NCBI GenBank assembly: GCA_947459655.1
Contig: CANHEE010000001.1
Coordinates: 39,493-103,492, forward strand
Direction: 5' to 3'
Length of the DNA: 64,000 nucleotides
DNA from: Lewinellaceae bacterium
Lineage (GTDB): Bacteria; Bacteroidota; Bacteroidia; Chitinophagales; Saprospiraceae
Positions 18,623 to 27,944 of the stretch are shown here, piece after piece. The notes under the pieces are model-generated. The model was not told the DNA's origin. It saw only the letters and a program-made list of their open reading frames with translations, and did not search any database. The position numbers and the translations under genes are program-made. Numbering within the stretch: the stretch's first letter is position 1; the number at the start of each line of letters is the position of its first letter.

Positions 18623-19762
18623 ATGAAAATAGGAATAGTTTGCTATCCGACCTACGGGGGAAGCGGGGTTGTCGCCACAGAGCTCGGTCTTGGACTTGCG
18701 AAGCGGGGGCATCAGATTCACTTTATTACCTACAGGAGACCGGTTAGACTTACCACCTTCCACGAAAATATTTTTTTCCACGAAGTGAGTGGAGAAGATT
18801 ACCCACTGTTTGAGTATACCCCTTACGATACTGCACTTGCCAGCAAAATAATCGACGTGGTGAAATACGAAGAACTGGATTTGCTTCATGTTCACTATGC
18901 TATTCCACATGCAACAGTGGCTTATCTGGCCAAAAAAATTCTGCTGCAAGAGGGCCGCTATATTCCGGTCATCACCACCTTGCACGGTACCGACATTACG
19001 CTTGTGGGATCCAACTCCACTTTTGCACCCGTAGTGGCATTCTCCATCAACAAATCTGATGGGGTGACTTCCGTGTCGGAAAACCTGAAACAACAGACAC
19101 TCGAAACCTTTAAAATAGACAAGGAAATAAGGGTCATCAACAACTTTATCGACTTCAAGCGATTCAAGAAATTGAACAAAGACCACTTTAAAATGGCCAT
19201 CGCTCCCCACGGCGAGAAAATACTGGTACACACCTCCAATTTTCGCAAGGTGAAGCGAGTGGAAGATGTCATCTATACTTTTAAAATTGTCCTGGAAAAA
19301 GTACCATCCAAACTATTGTTGGTGGGCGATGGTCCGGAACGTCACCGCTGCGAAGAACTCTGCAGACAACTGGGTTTGTACTCCGAAGTGCGATTTCTCG
19401 GAAAGCAAAATGCGGTTGAAGAGCTGCTTGCTGTTTCAGACCTCTTCCTGATGCCTTCCGAAATGGAGAGTTTTGGTCTGGCTGCACTCGAAGCCATGGC
19501 CTGCCAGTTGCCAGTCATCTCCTCCAACGCAGGTGGCTTGCCCGAGCTAAACATCCACGGGGTTACCGGCTATACGACTGATGTAGGAAATGTCGGTCAG
19601 ATGGCGGAATACGCCATTGAATTGCTTAGCAACGAAGAAAAATACAAACAGTTCAGGGCCAATGCGCTTGCGCGTGCAGCTGAATTTGATATCGACAAAA
19701 TACTACCGCAGTATGAAAGTTACTACCGCGAAGTAATTGATAAAGCGCTGTACCGCAACTGA
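18623..19762 (+). CDS. bshA: GT4 glycosyltransferase, BshA-like (N-acetyl-alpha-D-glucosaminyl L-malate synthase)
   Basis: MKIGIVCYPTYGGSGVVATELG at the N-terminus and the ESFGLAALEAMA EX7E motif. The tracked start at 18575 is TTG; ATG at 18623 gives the canonical N-terminus. Confidence 0.7.
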   Translation: MKIGIVCYPTYGGSGVVATELGLGLAKRGHQIHFITYRRPVRLTTFHENIFFHEVSGEDYPLFEYTPYDTALASKIIDVVKYEELDLLHVHYAIPHATVAYLAKKILLQEGRYIPVITTLHGTDITLVGSNSTFAPVVAFSINKSDGVTSVSENLKQQTLETFKIDKEIRVINNFIDFKRFKKLNKDHFKMAIAPHGEKILVHTSNFRKVKRVEDVIYTFKIVLEKVPSKLLLVGDGPERHRCEELCRQLGLYSEVRFLGKQNAVEELLAVSDLFLMPSEMESFGLAALEAMACQLPVISSNAGGLPELNIHGVTGYTTDVGNVGQMAEYAIELLSNEEKYKQFRANALARAAEFDIDKILPQYESYYREVIDKALYRN

Positions 19763-19781
19763 TAAACTATACACAGCAACT

Positions 19782-21251
19782 ATGGCAAAAATCATGCAGA
19801 ACCACCTTTGGAAGGTATCCCTGACTCTCCTGTTTTTTATTGAGGCAGCGCAGGCATTTGCCATTGAGGCCAATGTTGCTCATGCCGTTTTTCTGCAGGG
19901 AAAAGATCCTTATGTGGAGGTTTATGTCCACATCCATTCCAAAAATGCCGCGTTCAGAATGCTGCCAGACAGTCAACACTACCAGGCATCGGTGGATGTA
20001 CTCTTCGTTTTCAAACAGGGAGAAAAAATAGTCAAATTCGACAAGTTCAAACTTCAGAGTCCGATACTGACGCAACGCAGGAATTTTTTTGACATCAAAA
20101 GATACAGTCTCCCGGAAGGCGATTACACACTGGAAACCCAAATAACAGATAGCGAGGTGATTGGCGCTCCCTTTGTGCAAACCGACAGCGTACATGTGCA
20201 TTTTGAAAAAGACAAAATTCAGCAATCCGGTATCCTGCTCCTTTCCAACATACAGAAAGACACGCTGAACAGCGCATTTTCCAAAAATGGTTTTATTATG
20301 GAGCCTCTTTCAGGCAATTTTTACAACAAAAACACCAATACGCTCATTCTTTACCACGAAATATACCATTCCACACTGCTCGATGACGCTTTTGCCCTTA
20401 GCTATGCCATCGTCAACGCCGGATTGCATGCGTCTAAAATTCCGTTTTCAGTTGCCCACAAGAAACTAAAAGCATCTGAACAGGCGGTGGTTTTTGTCGG
20501 ACAACTCGATATATCAAAATTACCTACGGGAAACTACAAGGTCATTGTGGAAATCAGGAACAGAAACAAAGAACTGATTTCATCAAAAGAATTGGAATTC
20601 CAGCGCGCAAACCCCTACCTGGAGGTGGAGACAAAGGGCGTCCCACAAGAAGCCATAGAGGAAGAATTTGTCGCTACCATGACCGCAGAGGAATTGAAAT
20701 ATGCACTTCGCGCGATAGCCTGTAAAATGCGTGGACAAGATGCTGCCGATATGAACGAAATCATCAAGGGCGCTAATCCGCAGGCGATGAAACTGCGCCT
20801 TTTCAAATACTGGGCGGGAAAAAGTGCCAACCAACCGCGTCAGGCATACGAGCAATATATGATGGTCGCGAGGGCGGTAGACCAAAAATACCGCTCCGGA
20901 TTCGGTTACGGATTTGAAACCGACCGCGGCTATACCTTTATGAAATACGGCCGTCCCGACGATATTGTAGAACAGGTGAGCAATCCCGATACGGCTCCCT
21001 ATGAAATCTGGGTTTACTACGATTTTGCCATTACGGGACAAAAAAACATTAAGTTTCTTTTCTATGACGCCGAAGGTTCAGGTAGCATGCGACTACTGAA
21101 TACCAATGCACGCGGCGAGTTGAACGATCCGAACTGGCGTACCAAATTGTACAAAAATGTTAGAAACCAATGGGACGGAAACGGATTTGACAACAATGGC
21201 ATCCAGGACAACTTCAACAGGAACGCCGACAAACTGCTGGAAGATTTTTAA
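19782..21251 (+). CDS. GWxTD-domain protein
   Basis: Signal peptide from the ATG at 19782. The C-terminal GFETDRGYTFMKYGRPDDI ... YEIWVY matches the GWxTD domain pattern. Confidence 0.7.
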   Translation: MAKIMQNHLWKVSLTLLFFIEAAQAFAIEANVAHAVFLQGKDPYVEVYVHIHSKNAAFRMLPDSQHYQASVDVLFVFKQGEKIVKFDKFKLQSPILTQRRNFFDIKRYSLPEGDYTLETQITDSEVIGAPFVQTDSVHVHFEKDKIQQSGILLLSNIQKDTLNSAFSKNGFIMEPLSGNFYNKNTNTLILYHEIYHSTLLDDAFALSYAIVNAGLHASKIPFSVAHKKLKASEQAVVFVGQLDISKLPTGNYKVIVEIRNRNKELISSKELEFQRANPYLEVETKGVPQEAIEEEFVATMTAEELKYALRAIACKMRGQDAADMNEIIKGANPQAMKLRLFKYWAGKSANQPRQAYEQYMMVARAVDQKYRSGFGYGFETDRGYTFMKYGRPDDIVEQVSNPDTAPYEIWVYYDFAITGQKNIKFLFYDAEGSGSMRLLNTNARGELNDPNWRTKLYKNVRNQWDGNGFDNNGIQDNFNRNADKLLEDF

Positions 21252-22483
21252 TCCAGCGCATACCAGACGATGCAGCTTTTATCCACTTGAAAAAGGTCAA
21301 TCGCCACCCGCTGGATGTCAGCGACCGTGACTTTATTGTATTCGTCCATTTCAGTATTGATCAGCCCAAGTTGTCCGATAGACTCGTAGAAGCAGAGGTT
21401 GATGGCCTTGTTCAGTGTACCTGATTCCGAGAAAACCAGCGCACTTTCCACCTGATTTTTGTTTTTCTGCAGCTCATATTCTTCTACTTCGGTGTTCTTC
21501 AACGCATCCAGTTCTTCCCAGATGGCTTTTTCTGCTGCCGCCAGCGTGATGCCATCGTTCAGCTTTCCTTCGATGACAAACATACCATCATCGATGGTTC
21601 CTGAAATAAAGGCATCAATCGAATTGAACATGCGCTTCTTTTTCAGCAGGTTCTGGTACAAGCGCGATGATTGTCCGCTGGAAAGGATATCCGAAATCAG
21701 ATCTGTCGTATAGAAATCCGGACTGAGTCGGCTACCCATTCTGAACGCGATATAAATCGCCTCGGCGGGATGCCCACCTCTGATGACTTTTCTTTTTTGT
21801 TCGAGCTGTTCGTTTTCTTTCGGGTAGTTCCGCAATGGCATTTCAACGGCGGGAATGCTGCCAAACCATTTTTCTGCCAATGCGCACATATCGGCCGTTT
21901 TTACATTGCCCACCACTGAAACGATGGCATTGTTGGGTCTGTAAAAGCGCGTATAAAAATCATTGGCCAGATCAAGATTGCATTTTTCGATGTGTTCGGG
22001 TTTTAGTCCGATGACAGGCCAGCGGTAGGGATGGGTCGGATACACCATTTCAGAAAGGTGGTGCCACACATCGCCGAACGGTTCGTTCAGGGTGGTCTCC
22101 TTGAACTCTTCCACCACCACCTTCTTCTGGGTATTGAGCGTTTTGGGCGTCACGTTGAGGTGCTGCATGCGATCGGCCTCAATCCAGAAAGCCAATTCTA
22201 TGTTTCGGGCGGGAAAGATTTCGTGAAAATTGGTGTTGTCGTTGTTGGTGAACGCGTTGTTTTCGCCACCGCCATTCTGCACGGGCAGGTCGATGTTTTT
22301 GATATTGGCTGAACCGCTGAACATCAGGTGTTCGAACAGGTGTGCCATACCGGTATGTTCTGGATGTTCGTCCCGTGCGCCCACATTGTACAATACATTC
22401 AGTGCCGCCATGGGGGTGGAGTCGTCTTCATGGACGATAAAACGGAGGCCATTGGAAAGGGTAAATGAATGGTATTGCAGCAA
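21248..22483 (-). CDS. M16 (pitrilysin/insulinase) family zinc peptidase
   Basis: Inverted zinc motif HLFEHLMFSG (HxxEH) followed by ENNAFT. 411 aa. Confidence 0.85.
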   Translation of the reverse strand: MLQYHSFTLSNGLRFIVHEDDSTPMAALNVLYNVGARDEHPEHTGMAHLFEHLMFSGSANIKNIDLPVQNGGGENNAFTNNDNTNFHEIFPARNIELAFWIEADRMQHLNVTPKTLNTQKKVVVEEFKETTLNEPFGDVWHHLSEMVYPTHPYRWPVIGLKPEHIEKCNLDLANDFYTRFYRPNNAIVSVVGNVKTADMCALAEKWFGSIPAVEMPLRNYPKENEQLEQKRKVIRGGHPAEAIYIAFRMGSRLSPDFYTTDLISDILSSGQSSRLYQNLLKKKRMFNSIDAFISGTIDDGMFVIEGKLNDGITLAAAEKAIWEELDALKNTEVEEYELQKNKNQVESALVFSESGTLNKAINLCFYESIGQLGLINTEMDEYNKVTVADIQRVAIDLFQVDKSCIVWYALD

Positions 22484-22600
22484 GTGATTGTACTTTTAAG
22501 TGCACAAAGATACCCCCTTTTTGTCAAAAAACGGCAGTTGCGGGTGGTATTGCCGAATAAGTTGACAATGCCCAAATGCTCTTAATTTGTTTTTCTGCAC

Positions 22601-22633
22601 TTGCTTTTTTCTGAGAAAAAGATTTTATCTTTG
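22601..22633 (+). promoter_or_regulatory. possible tRNA promoter (TTG ... TATCTTTG)
   Basis: TATCTTTG (22626-22633) matches TAnnTTTG, with a TTG 22 nt upstream. It lies 37 nt before the tRNA 5' end. Confidence 0.3.
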
Positions 22634-22669
22634 CAGCGCATTTAATGCGGCAATCGCAAGTGATTGTTT

Positions 22670-22744
22670 GGTCCTATAGCTCAGTTGGTTAGCAGCACCT
22701 GACTCATAATCAGGGGGTCCCAGGTTCAAGTCCTGGTGGGACCA
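22670..22744 (+). tRNA. tRNA with anticodon CAT (tRNA-Ile2/lysidine type favoured, elongator Met possible)
   Basis: Cloverleaf read by eye: acceptor GGTCCTA/TGGGACC, anticodon stem CCTGA/TCAGG with loop CTCATAA, T-arm CCAGG-TTCAAGT-CCTGG. There is no encoded CCA. C4:G69 and C5:G68 are present, and initiator features are absent. Confidence 0.9.
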
Positions 22745-22754
22745 CAGAATAAAA

Positions 22755-22792
22755 GCGCAGCATATTGTAAACCAACGTGCTGCGCTTTTTTT
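22755..22792 (+). terminator. intrinsic terminator after the tRNA
   Basis: GCGCAGCA (22755-22762) pairs with TGCTGCGC (22778-22785), followed by a T7 run. Confidence 0.8.
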
Positions 22793-22850
22793 GTTGGCTA
22801 GAAGTTTAGTCGCCTTGTGGTCTTATTATTTATATCGTTATTTCAAATTC

Positions 22851-22972
22851 TATTATGATGCCGCCTCTCCGAGGCTTATTACCTATCAGCGTTTCGCTCC
22901 AGAGGAGCGAAATCCCAATAGCCCGCAAATTTTACAGTTTTATGCATAGCTCCTTCGGAGCGAAATTTTTTT
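22851..22972. repeat. cluster of three REP-like hairpins (GCCTC-TCC-GAGGC; TTTCGCTCC-AGA-GGAGCGAAA; GCTCC-TTC-GGAGC)
   Basis: The stems and flanks (ATTATGAT..., ...GGAGCGAAAT) match those of the repeat array at 32731-33045, in both orientations. Confidence 0.6.
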
Positions 22973-23045
22973 TCGCCAATCAAATGTTGAATGACGGTCG
23001 TTATCTGATACAGATTTTATGCGGAGCAATTGAAAAATAATGGGT

Positions 23046-23468
23046 TCAAGGAAGGTGTTCTTCCACGAATTTCAGGCAATAGGCCTTTATCAACTCACGG
23101 ACATTTTCGAACTGCTGTTTGATTTCCGATTCTGAACCAACGGCTTTTGCGGGATCGGGAAAATTGTGGTGGAATATTTTTGCTTTGGTAGGAAAATACG
23201 GACAGCGCTCCCGGGCGTTGTCGCAGACCGTAATGACGAAATCAAATTCAATATCGCCGTATTCATCGATATTGTTTGAGGTGTGGGAAGAGATATCTAT
23301 ACCATCTTCCTTCATAGATTCGATTGCCCGGGGGTTCACGCCATGTGTTTCAACACCTGCGCTATACACTTCGGCTTTTTCACCTGCAAACTGTCGCAAA
23401 TAAGCTTCTGCTATCTGGCTTCTGCAGCTGTTTCCTGTGCAAAGAACCAGAATTTTCTTTTTACTCAT
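23046..23468 (-). CDS. arsC: arsenate reductase, LMW-PTPase/thioredoxin-coupled type
   Basis: CTGNSCRS P-loop at the N-terminus and the downstream Cys pair in VCDNARERCP. 140 aa. Confidence 0.85.
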   Translation of the reverse strand: MSKKKILVLCTGNSCRSQIAEAYLRQFAGEKAEVYSAGVETHGVNPRAIESMKEDGIDISSHTSNNIDEYGDIEFDFVITVCDNARERCPYFPTKAKIFHHNFPDPAKAVGSESEIKQQFENVRELIKAYCLKFVEEHLP

Positions 23469-23590
23469 ACAAACAACCAGATGATGTTAATGATGGTAAA
23501 TTTTGGATCAAAGCCGAAAATGAGCTGTAAACCAATGACCGAACCTGTGATAATGATTGGCTTTTTGTATCTGATTAATAATTTTTTCAT
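23465..23590 (-). CDS. unannotated 41-codon hydrophobic small ORF between arsR and arsC
   Basis: Hand translation: MKKLLIRYKKPIIITGSVIGLQLIFGFDPKFTIINIIWLFV*. Its ATG shares one nt with the arsR TGA (TGATG). Its TGA overlaps the arsC ATG (ATGA). It is below the ORF-track length cut-off. Confidence 0.4.
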   Translation of the reverse strand: MKKLLIRYKKPIIITGSVIGLQLIFGFDPKFTIINIIWLFV

Positions 23591-23922
23591 CAGCAACATA
23601 TTTGTTTTTTATTCTGTAATTTGACCGATATAGCTGAAATATATGACTGTAATTTCTCAAATGAATTCTCCTCTAAACAGTAACATATAGAATTGCCGTC
23701 GATATTACCCCTTATCAGTCCCGCATTTTTAAGTTCTTTCAGGTGTTGCGAAACGGTCGGCTGTGCCAATGGCAATTCACTGACAATATCACCGCAGATG
23801 CAACTTCCCACACCCATTAGGTACTCGACAATGGCTACCCTTGCCGGATGAGCAAGGGCTCTAAAAAGAATAGCATACTCATTCTGCTCATCTGTGAAAA
23901 AGTCTTTTTTACTTGCTCCCAT
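23590..23922 (-). CDS. arsR: ArsR/SmtB-family metalloregulator
   Basis: Winged HTH (PTVSQHLKELKNAGLI), a CxC metalloid site (GSCICGD), and a C-terminal Cys-Cys. Confidence 0.85.
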   Translation of the reverse strand: MGASKKDFFTDEQNEYAILFRALAHPARVAIVEYLMGVGSCICGDIVSELPLAQPTVSQHLKELKNAGLIRGNIDGNSICYCLEENSFEKLQSYISAISVKLQNKKQICC

Positions 23923-23999
23923 TGTATGTTATATTTTAATATTGCAATAATACGATAAACTTTGAGATACGACCAAATTTTAATTAATCTTTCAACAAA

Positions 24000-24041
24000 T
24001 AAAAAATACCCCATGACAGATGAGCGGTCATGGGGTATTTT
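24000..24041 (-). terminator. intrinsic terminator downstream of the S41 peptidase gene
   Basis: A 12-bp stem, ATACCCCATGAC pairing with GTCATGGGGTAT, with a 9-nt loop. It is flanked by an A-run and a T-run. Confidence 0.7.
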
Positions 24042-24064
24042 ACAGCGATGTATGTACAATTTCG

Positions 24065-25699
24065 TTACTTCGCCTTCAGTATTTTCTTGTATCGCACCTC
24101 GTCGTTCAACAAGCCAATGGCCTCGGCTATTTCAGGATCATTGCGCAACCCCATCTGAATTTTTCCTTTTTCAAAATAGTAACGGGCAGCAATTTCCTTT
24201 TCAATGAGCGCGACGATATCTTTCTTATACTGGCGTATTTCGGCCTTTTTTGCAGCAACAAGTTTTGACTCCAGTGCCTTCAGTTCATCGGCCAAATTGT
24301 AATTTTCTTTTTTGCTTTTGGCAATAAGCGACTTCAATTCCTTGTCACTTTCGGTTTCTCCGTCAAATTTTCTTTTTTCAAGATACTGTAAAAAACCTTC
24401 GAAATCATCAAAACGGAAATCGTTTACTTCGGCAATTTTTGGATGTTTCAGCGTGTATTCCGTCACATAATCAAAAATGTAAAATTGATCGCGCAAACTT
24501 CTGACAACGGGCGATTTACTTTCTGCCTCTATATAAATATCTGGAAGAATTCCACCACCATCAAAAACGCGACGTCCGTTCCTCGTCTTGAAAGCCGTAC
24601 GAAGTGAGTCGGGAATTTCAACGGCTACCCCATCCTTGTAAGTTACACCTTGTATGCAGCGGCCACTCGGAATGTAATATTTGGCTGTAGTTACCTTCAC
24701 CTTTGCATTGTATCCCAGATCTTTGATGTTCTGAACCAGTCCTTTTCCATAAGAACGCTGTCCGAGTACAACTGCTCTATCCAGGTCCTGCAACGCACCG
24801 GATACAATTTCGGATGCAGAAGCCGAACTTTTGTCGACAAGAACGGCAATTGGAATTTTTTCATCAACCGGAATTCCACCTGTACGGTAATTGTGGTCCC
24901 AGTCGGCCACCTTACTTTTTGTCGATACGACAAGTTCGCCTTTGGGAACAAATATGTTAACGATGTCAACAGCCTCATTCAATAATCCACCACCATTTCC
25001 GCGCAGGTCAAAAACGATACCTTTCAGATTAGGATTTTTTGCCTTCAAATCGCTGACAGCCTTACTAACATTTACAGCAGCATCTTTGGTAAAGGTCGTC
25101 AGCGTGAGGTACCCGATGTTGTCTTTAAGCATGCCGTGGTAGGGCACATTCGACACTTCCACCTCATCCCTTTTTACCGTAATCTTCATTTCCTTGTTTT
25201 CACCCGGCCGTTTGATTTTAAGCTCCATTTCGCTGCCTGGTGCTCCTTTCATGATGTCGTAAACTTCATCCGCGTCGCGTCCTTTTGCACTTTTTCCGTC
25301 TACAGAAACAATCACATCACCGGCTTTCAGACCCCCCTTGAAGGCAGGACAATTCTCGGTGGTTTCAGTTACTACAGGAAAATCACCAATCTTCTGGATG
25401 GTCGCTCCGATGCCATTGAACTTACCTTCTGACAGGAAACGATAGCCCTCAATTTCAGACTCAGAAATGTAATTGGTGAACGGATCCAGCGACTTTAGCA
25501 TGGCATCAATACCGATTCTCATCGTACGGGCCGGATCGAGCTCATCGACATAATTGGTATTGATTTCTCGATAGACATTGGCGAATAACTCAATGTTTTT
25601 GGCAATTTCGAAATATTTTCCGTTATCTACATTGACTGCTGCTATTCCGGCAACTGCCGCAAAAAGAACAGGAAATAAATATCTTTTCTTGAGGTTCAT
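24065..25699 (-). CDS. S41 C-terminal processing (tail-specific) peptidase with PDZ domain
   Basis: PDZ segment (GGLKAGDVIVSVDG), then GIVFDLRGNGGGLL and SSASASEIVSGALQD catalytic-region motifs. Confidence 0.85.
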   Translation of the reverse strand: MNLKKRYLFPVLFAAVAGIAAVNVDNGKYFEIAKNIELFANVYREINTNYVDELDPARTMRIGIDAMLKSLDPFTNYISESEIEGYRFLSEGKFNGIGATIQKIGDFPVVTETTENCPAFKGGLKAGDVIVSVDGKSAKGRDADEVYDIMKGAPGSEMELKIKRPGENKEMKITVKRDEVEVSNVPYHGMLKDNIGYLTLTTFTKDAAVNVSKAVSDLKAKNPNLKGIVFDLRGNGGGLLNEAVDIVNIFVPKGELVVSTKSKVADWDHNYRTGGIPVDEKIPIAVLVDKSSASASEIVSGALQDLDRAVVLGQRSYGKGLVQNIKDLGYNAKVKVTTAKYYIPSGRCIQGVTYKDGVAVEIPDSLRTAFKTRNGRRVFDGGGILPDIYIEAESKSPVVRSLRDQFYIFDYVTEYTLKHPKIAEVNDFRFDDFEGFLQYLEKRKFDGETESDKELKSLIAKSKKENYNLADELKALESKLVAAKKAEIRQYKKDIVALIEKEIAARYYFEKGKIQMGLRNDPEIAEAIGLLNDEVRYKKILKAK

Positions 25700-25847
25700 A
25701 AAGTAACATTAGAGGTGCATCGAAGGTAAAAACGACAACGTAGGAAAAATAGTTTTTGCCGCTTTGGTAAAAATATCAATCAAACACAGGCTTAAGATGA
25801 TTTTAACCAAATGTGTGTGAAGCATAAAAAACTGCACGCTTTGGGAG

Positions 25848-27743
25848 TCAGGAATATGCACGCTCATTTCGGCCTTCCATGTAATTGATAAAGGCCTTGT
25901 TTACGACGCGGTTACCTCCCGGTGTCGGATAATTTCCGGAAAAATACCAGTCGCCTGTATGATTTGGGATGGCTATTCGCAGACCTTCGAGGGTCTGGAA
26001 AATTACCTCCACTTCCGGAGCGATGTTTTTGGGCGTAACTATTTTTGCGATTCTCCCAGAGATTTCCTCATAGCTGAACTGATCATACAACACCTTGACC
26101 TGGTTTGTCATTTGCTCGGCAGGCAAATTCAGTTCCTTTTTGCAATTTTCGTAAACTTCAGTCAGAAGACTTTCTTTTCCGCTTTCTTTCAGCAACTCGG
26201 TCATTGCCCTGAAAGCGACAAAATCACCGAGTCTTGACATGTCTATTCCATAGCAGTCCGGATACCGTATTTGCGGTGCCGATGAAACAATAATAATCTT
26301 TTTAGGCTTCAACCTTGCGGTTATTTTTATAATGGAATCGCGAAGGGTGGTACCGCGCACGATGGAATCATCCAGCAACACTATGGTATCTTTCTCATTG
26401 TTGACAATTCCATAGGAAACGTCATACACATGAGAAACCATTTCGCCACGGGTTTCATCATCGGCAATGAAAGTGCGCTGCTTCTCTTCCTTTACTGCAA
26501 CTTTCTCGATGCGAAGCGACTTGTTCAGTATTTTAGAGATTTTCTCAACGGATGCATCTTTACCCAGATTAACAATTTGCTCGCTCTTGATCTGGTTCAA
26601 CTCTCGGTTTAGTCCTTGCATCAGTCCATAAAAAGCGAACTCTGCGGTGTTTGGTACAAAGGAGAAAACAGTATTTTCAAAATCGTACTGCACACTCTGC
26701 AATATCGGAACTGCCAGCTGGGAACCCAGCATTTTGCGCTCCAGGTAAATATCTCTGTCGGTTCCCCTTGAAAAATAGATCCGTTCGAACGAGCAGGACG
26801 TTTTTTCCTTTTGATCAGTATAAGGAACCTCACTTACCTTACCGTTTTTCTTAACAATCAGTACATGCCCTGGCGTGATTTCTTTTACCTTTCCAACCTG
26901 AACATTGAAGGCTGTCTGTATAGCGGGTCTTTCCGATGCGACCACAACGACCTCATCATCTTTATAGTAAAAAGCAGGTCTGATGCCATTTGCATCGCGC
27001 ATGACAAATGCATCTCCGTGGCCAATCATGCCCACGATAGCGAAACCGCCATCAAAGCGTTTGCTGGCTCTTTTGAGCAGGCGTTGAATGTCCAGATTTT
27101 CAGCTATCAAGTGATTCAGCTCAATATTGGAATGGCCATCAGGCTTGAACCAAGTGTGCAGGCGCTGTACTTCATCGTCCAGAAAATGGCCAATTTTTTC
27201 CATGACGGTAACGGTATCTGATTTCTCCTTGGGGTATTGTCCGAGCTGCACCAGCTCATCAAACATCTCGTCTACATTGGTCAGGTTAAAATTGCCCGCC
27301 AACACCAGATTTCTGTTCATCCAGTTGTTTTGTCGGAGAAAAGGGTGCACAGACTCGATGGTGTTTTCTCCGTGGGTTCCATATCTAAGGTGACCGAGTA
27401 AAAGCTCTCCGATGTAAGGAAAATGCTCTTTAAGGTAAGCAACATCTTTCATTTTTTCTTCGGGAACATCCTGAAAGTGGCTGAATATGCCCTCGAAAAC
27501 ATCTTTAATGGCTTGTGGATTATTGGATCTTTTCCTGCTGATGTAACGCATTCCCGGTTTTGTATCCAGTTTAATGGTAGCTACTCCGGCTCCATCCTGA
27601 CCGCGATTGCGTTGTTTTTGCATCAGTAGATGCATTTTGTTCAGCCCGTAAAATGCTGTACCATACTTTTCAACATAGAATTCCAATGGTTTGAGCAAGC
27701 GTATAAAAGCTATGCCGCATTCGTGTTTAATCTGATCACTCAT
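25848..27743 (-). CDS. purF: amidophosphoribosyltransferase (long Bacteroidota form)
   Basis: N-terminal nucleophile context MSDQIKHECGI from the ATG at 27743 and the PRTase motif VLLDDSIVRGTT. Confidence 0.9.
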   Translation of the reverse strand: MSDQIKHECGIAFIRLLKPLEFYVEKYGTAFYGLNKMHLLMQKQRNRGQDGAGVATIKLDTKPGMRYISRKRSNNPQAIKDVFEGIFSHFQDVPEEKMKDVAYLKEHFPYIGELLLGHLRYGTHGENTIESVHPFLRQNNWMNRNLVLAGNFNLTNVDEMFDELVQLGQYPKEKSDTVTVMEKIGHFLDDEVQRLHTWFKPDGHSNIELNHLIAENLDIQRLLKRASKRFDGGFAIVGMIGHGDAFVMRDANGIRPAFYYKDDEVVVVASERPAIQTAFNVQVGKVKEITPGHVLIVKKNGKVSEVPYTDQKEKTSCSFERIYFSRGTDRDIYLERKMLGSQLAVPILQSVQYDFENTVFSFVPNTAEFAFYGLMQGLNRELNQIKSEQIVNLGKDASVEKISKILNKSLRIEKVAVKEEKQRTFIADDETRGEMVSHVYDVSYGIVNNEKDTIVLLDDSIVRGTTLRDSIIKITARLKPKKIIIVSSAPQIRYPDCYGIDMSRLGDFVAFRAMTELLKESGKESLLTEVYENCKKELNLPAEQMTNQVKVLYDQFSYEEISGRIAKIVTPKNIAPEVEVIFQTLEGLRIAIPNHTGDWYFSGNYPTPGGNRVVNKAFINYMEGRNERAYS

Positions 27744-27944
27744 CGTAAAAAGTTGGTTGAAAAAGACAATTGTGAGAAAACAACCGGACAAGCAAAAAAT
27801 CAATCTTTTTTCTCAGCAATATTCCGTTGCAAAGGTAAAGTCTTTTTCTTAAATCACCATTTTTAATATGTTGCTAATGTGCAATTAACACAGGAAAATA
27901 AGGCCAATCGTATCATTTCAAACCATAATAAGGTAAACGCCATT

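Noticed and set aside
21248-21251. 4-bp overlap of the convergent GWxTD and M16 peptidase stop codons (TTAA).
   Set aside because: This is a trivial consequence of complementary TAA/TTA stop codons, and there is no evidence of function.
22855-23040. Tracked 61-aa ORF at 22855-23040, and the 81-aa ORF at 32815-33060.
   Set aside because: Both read straight through the REP-like hairpin arrays. The translations are repeat-derived (for example SLQRSEIP, LLWSNS/FLAPEEP).
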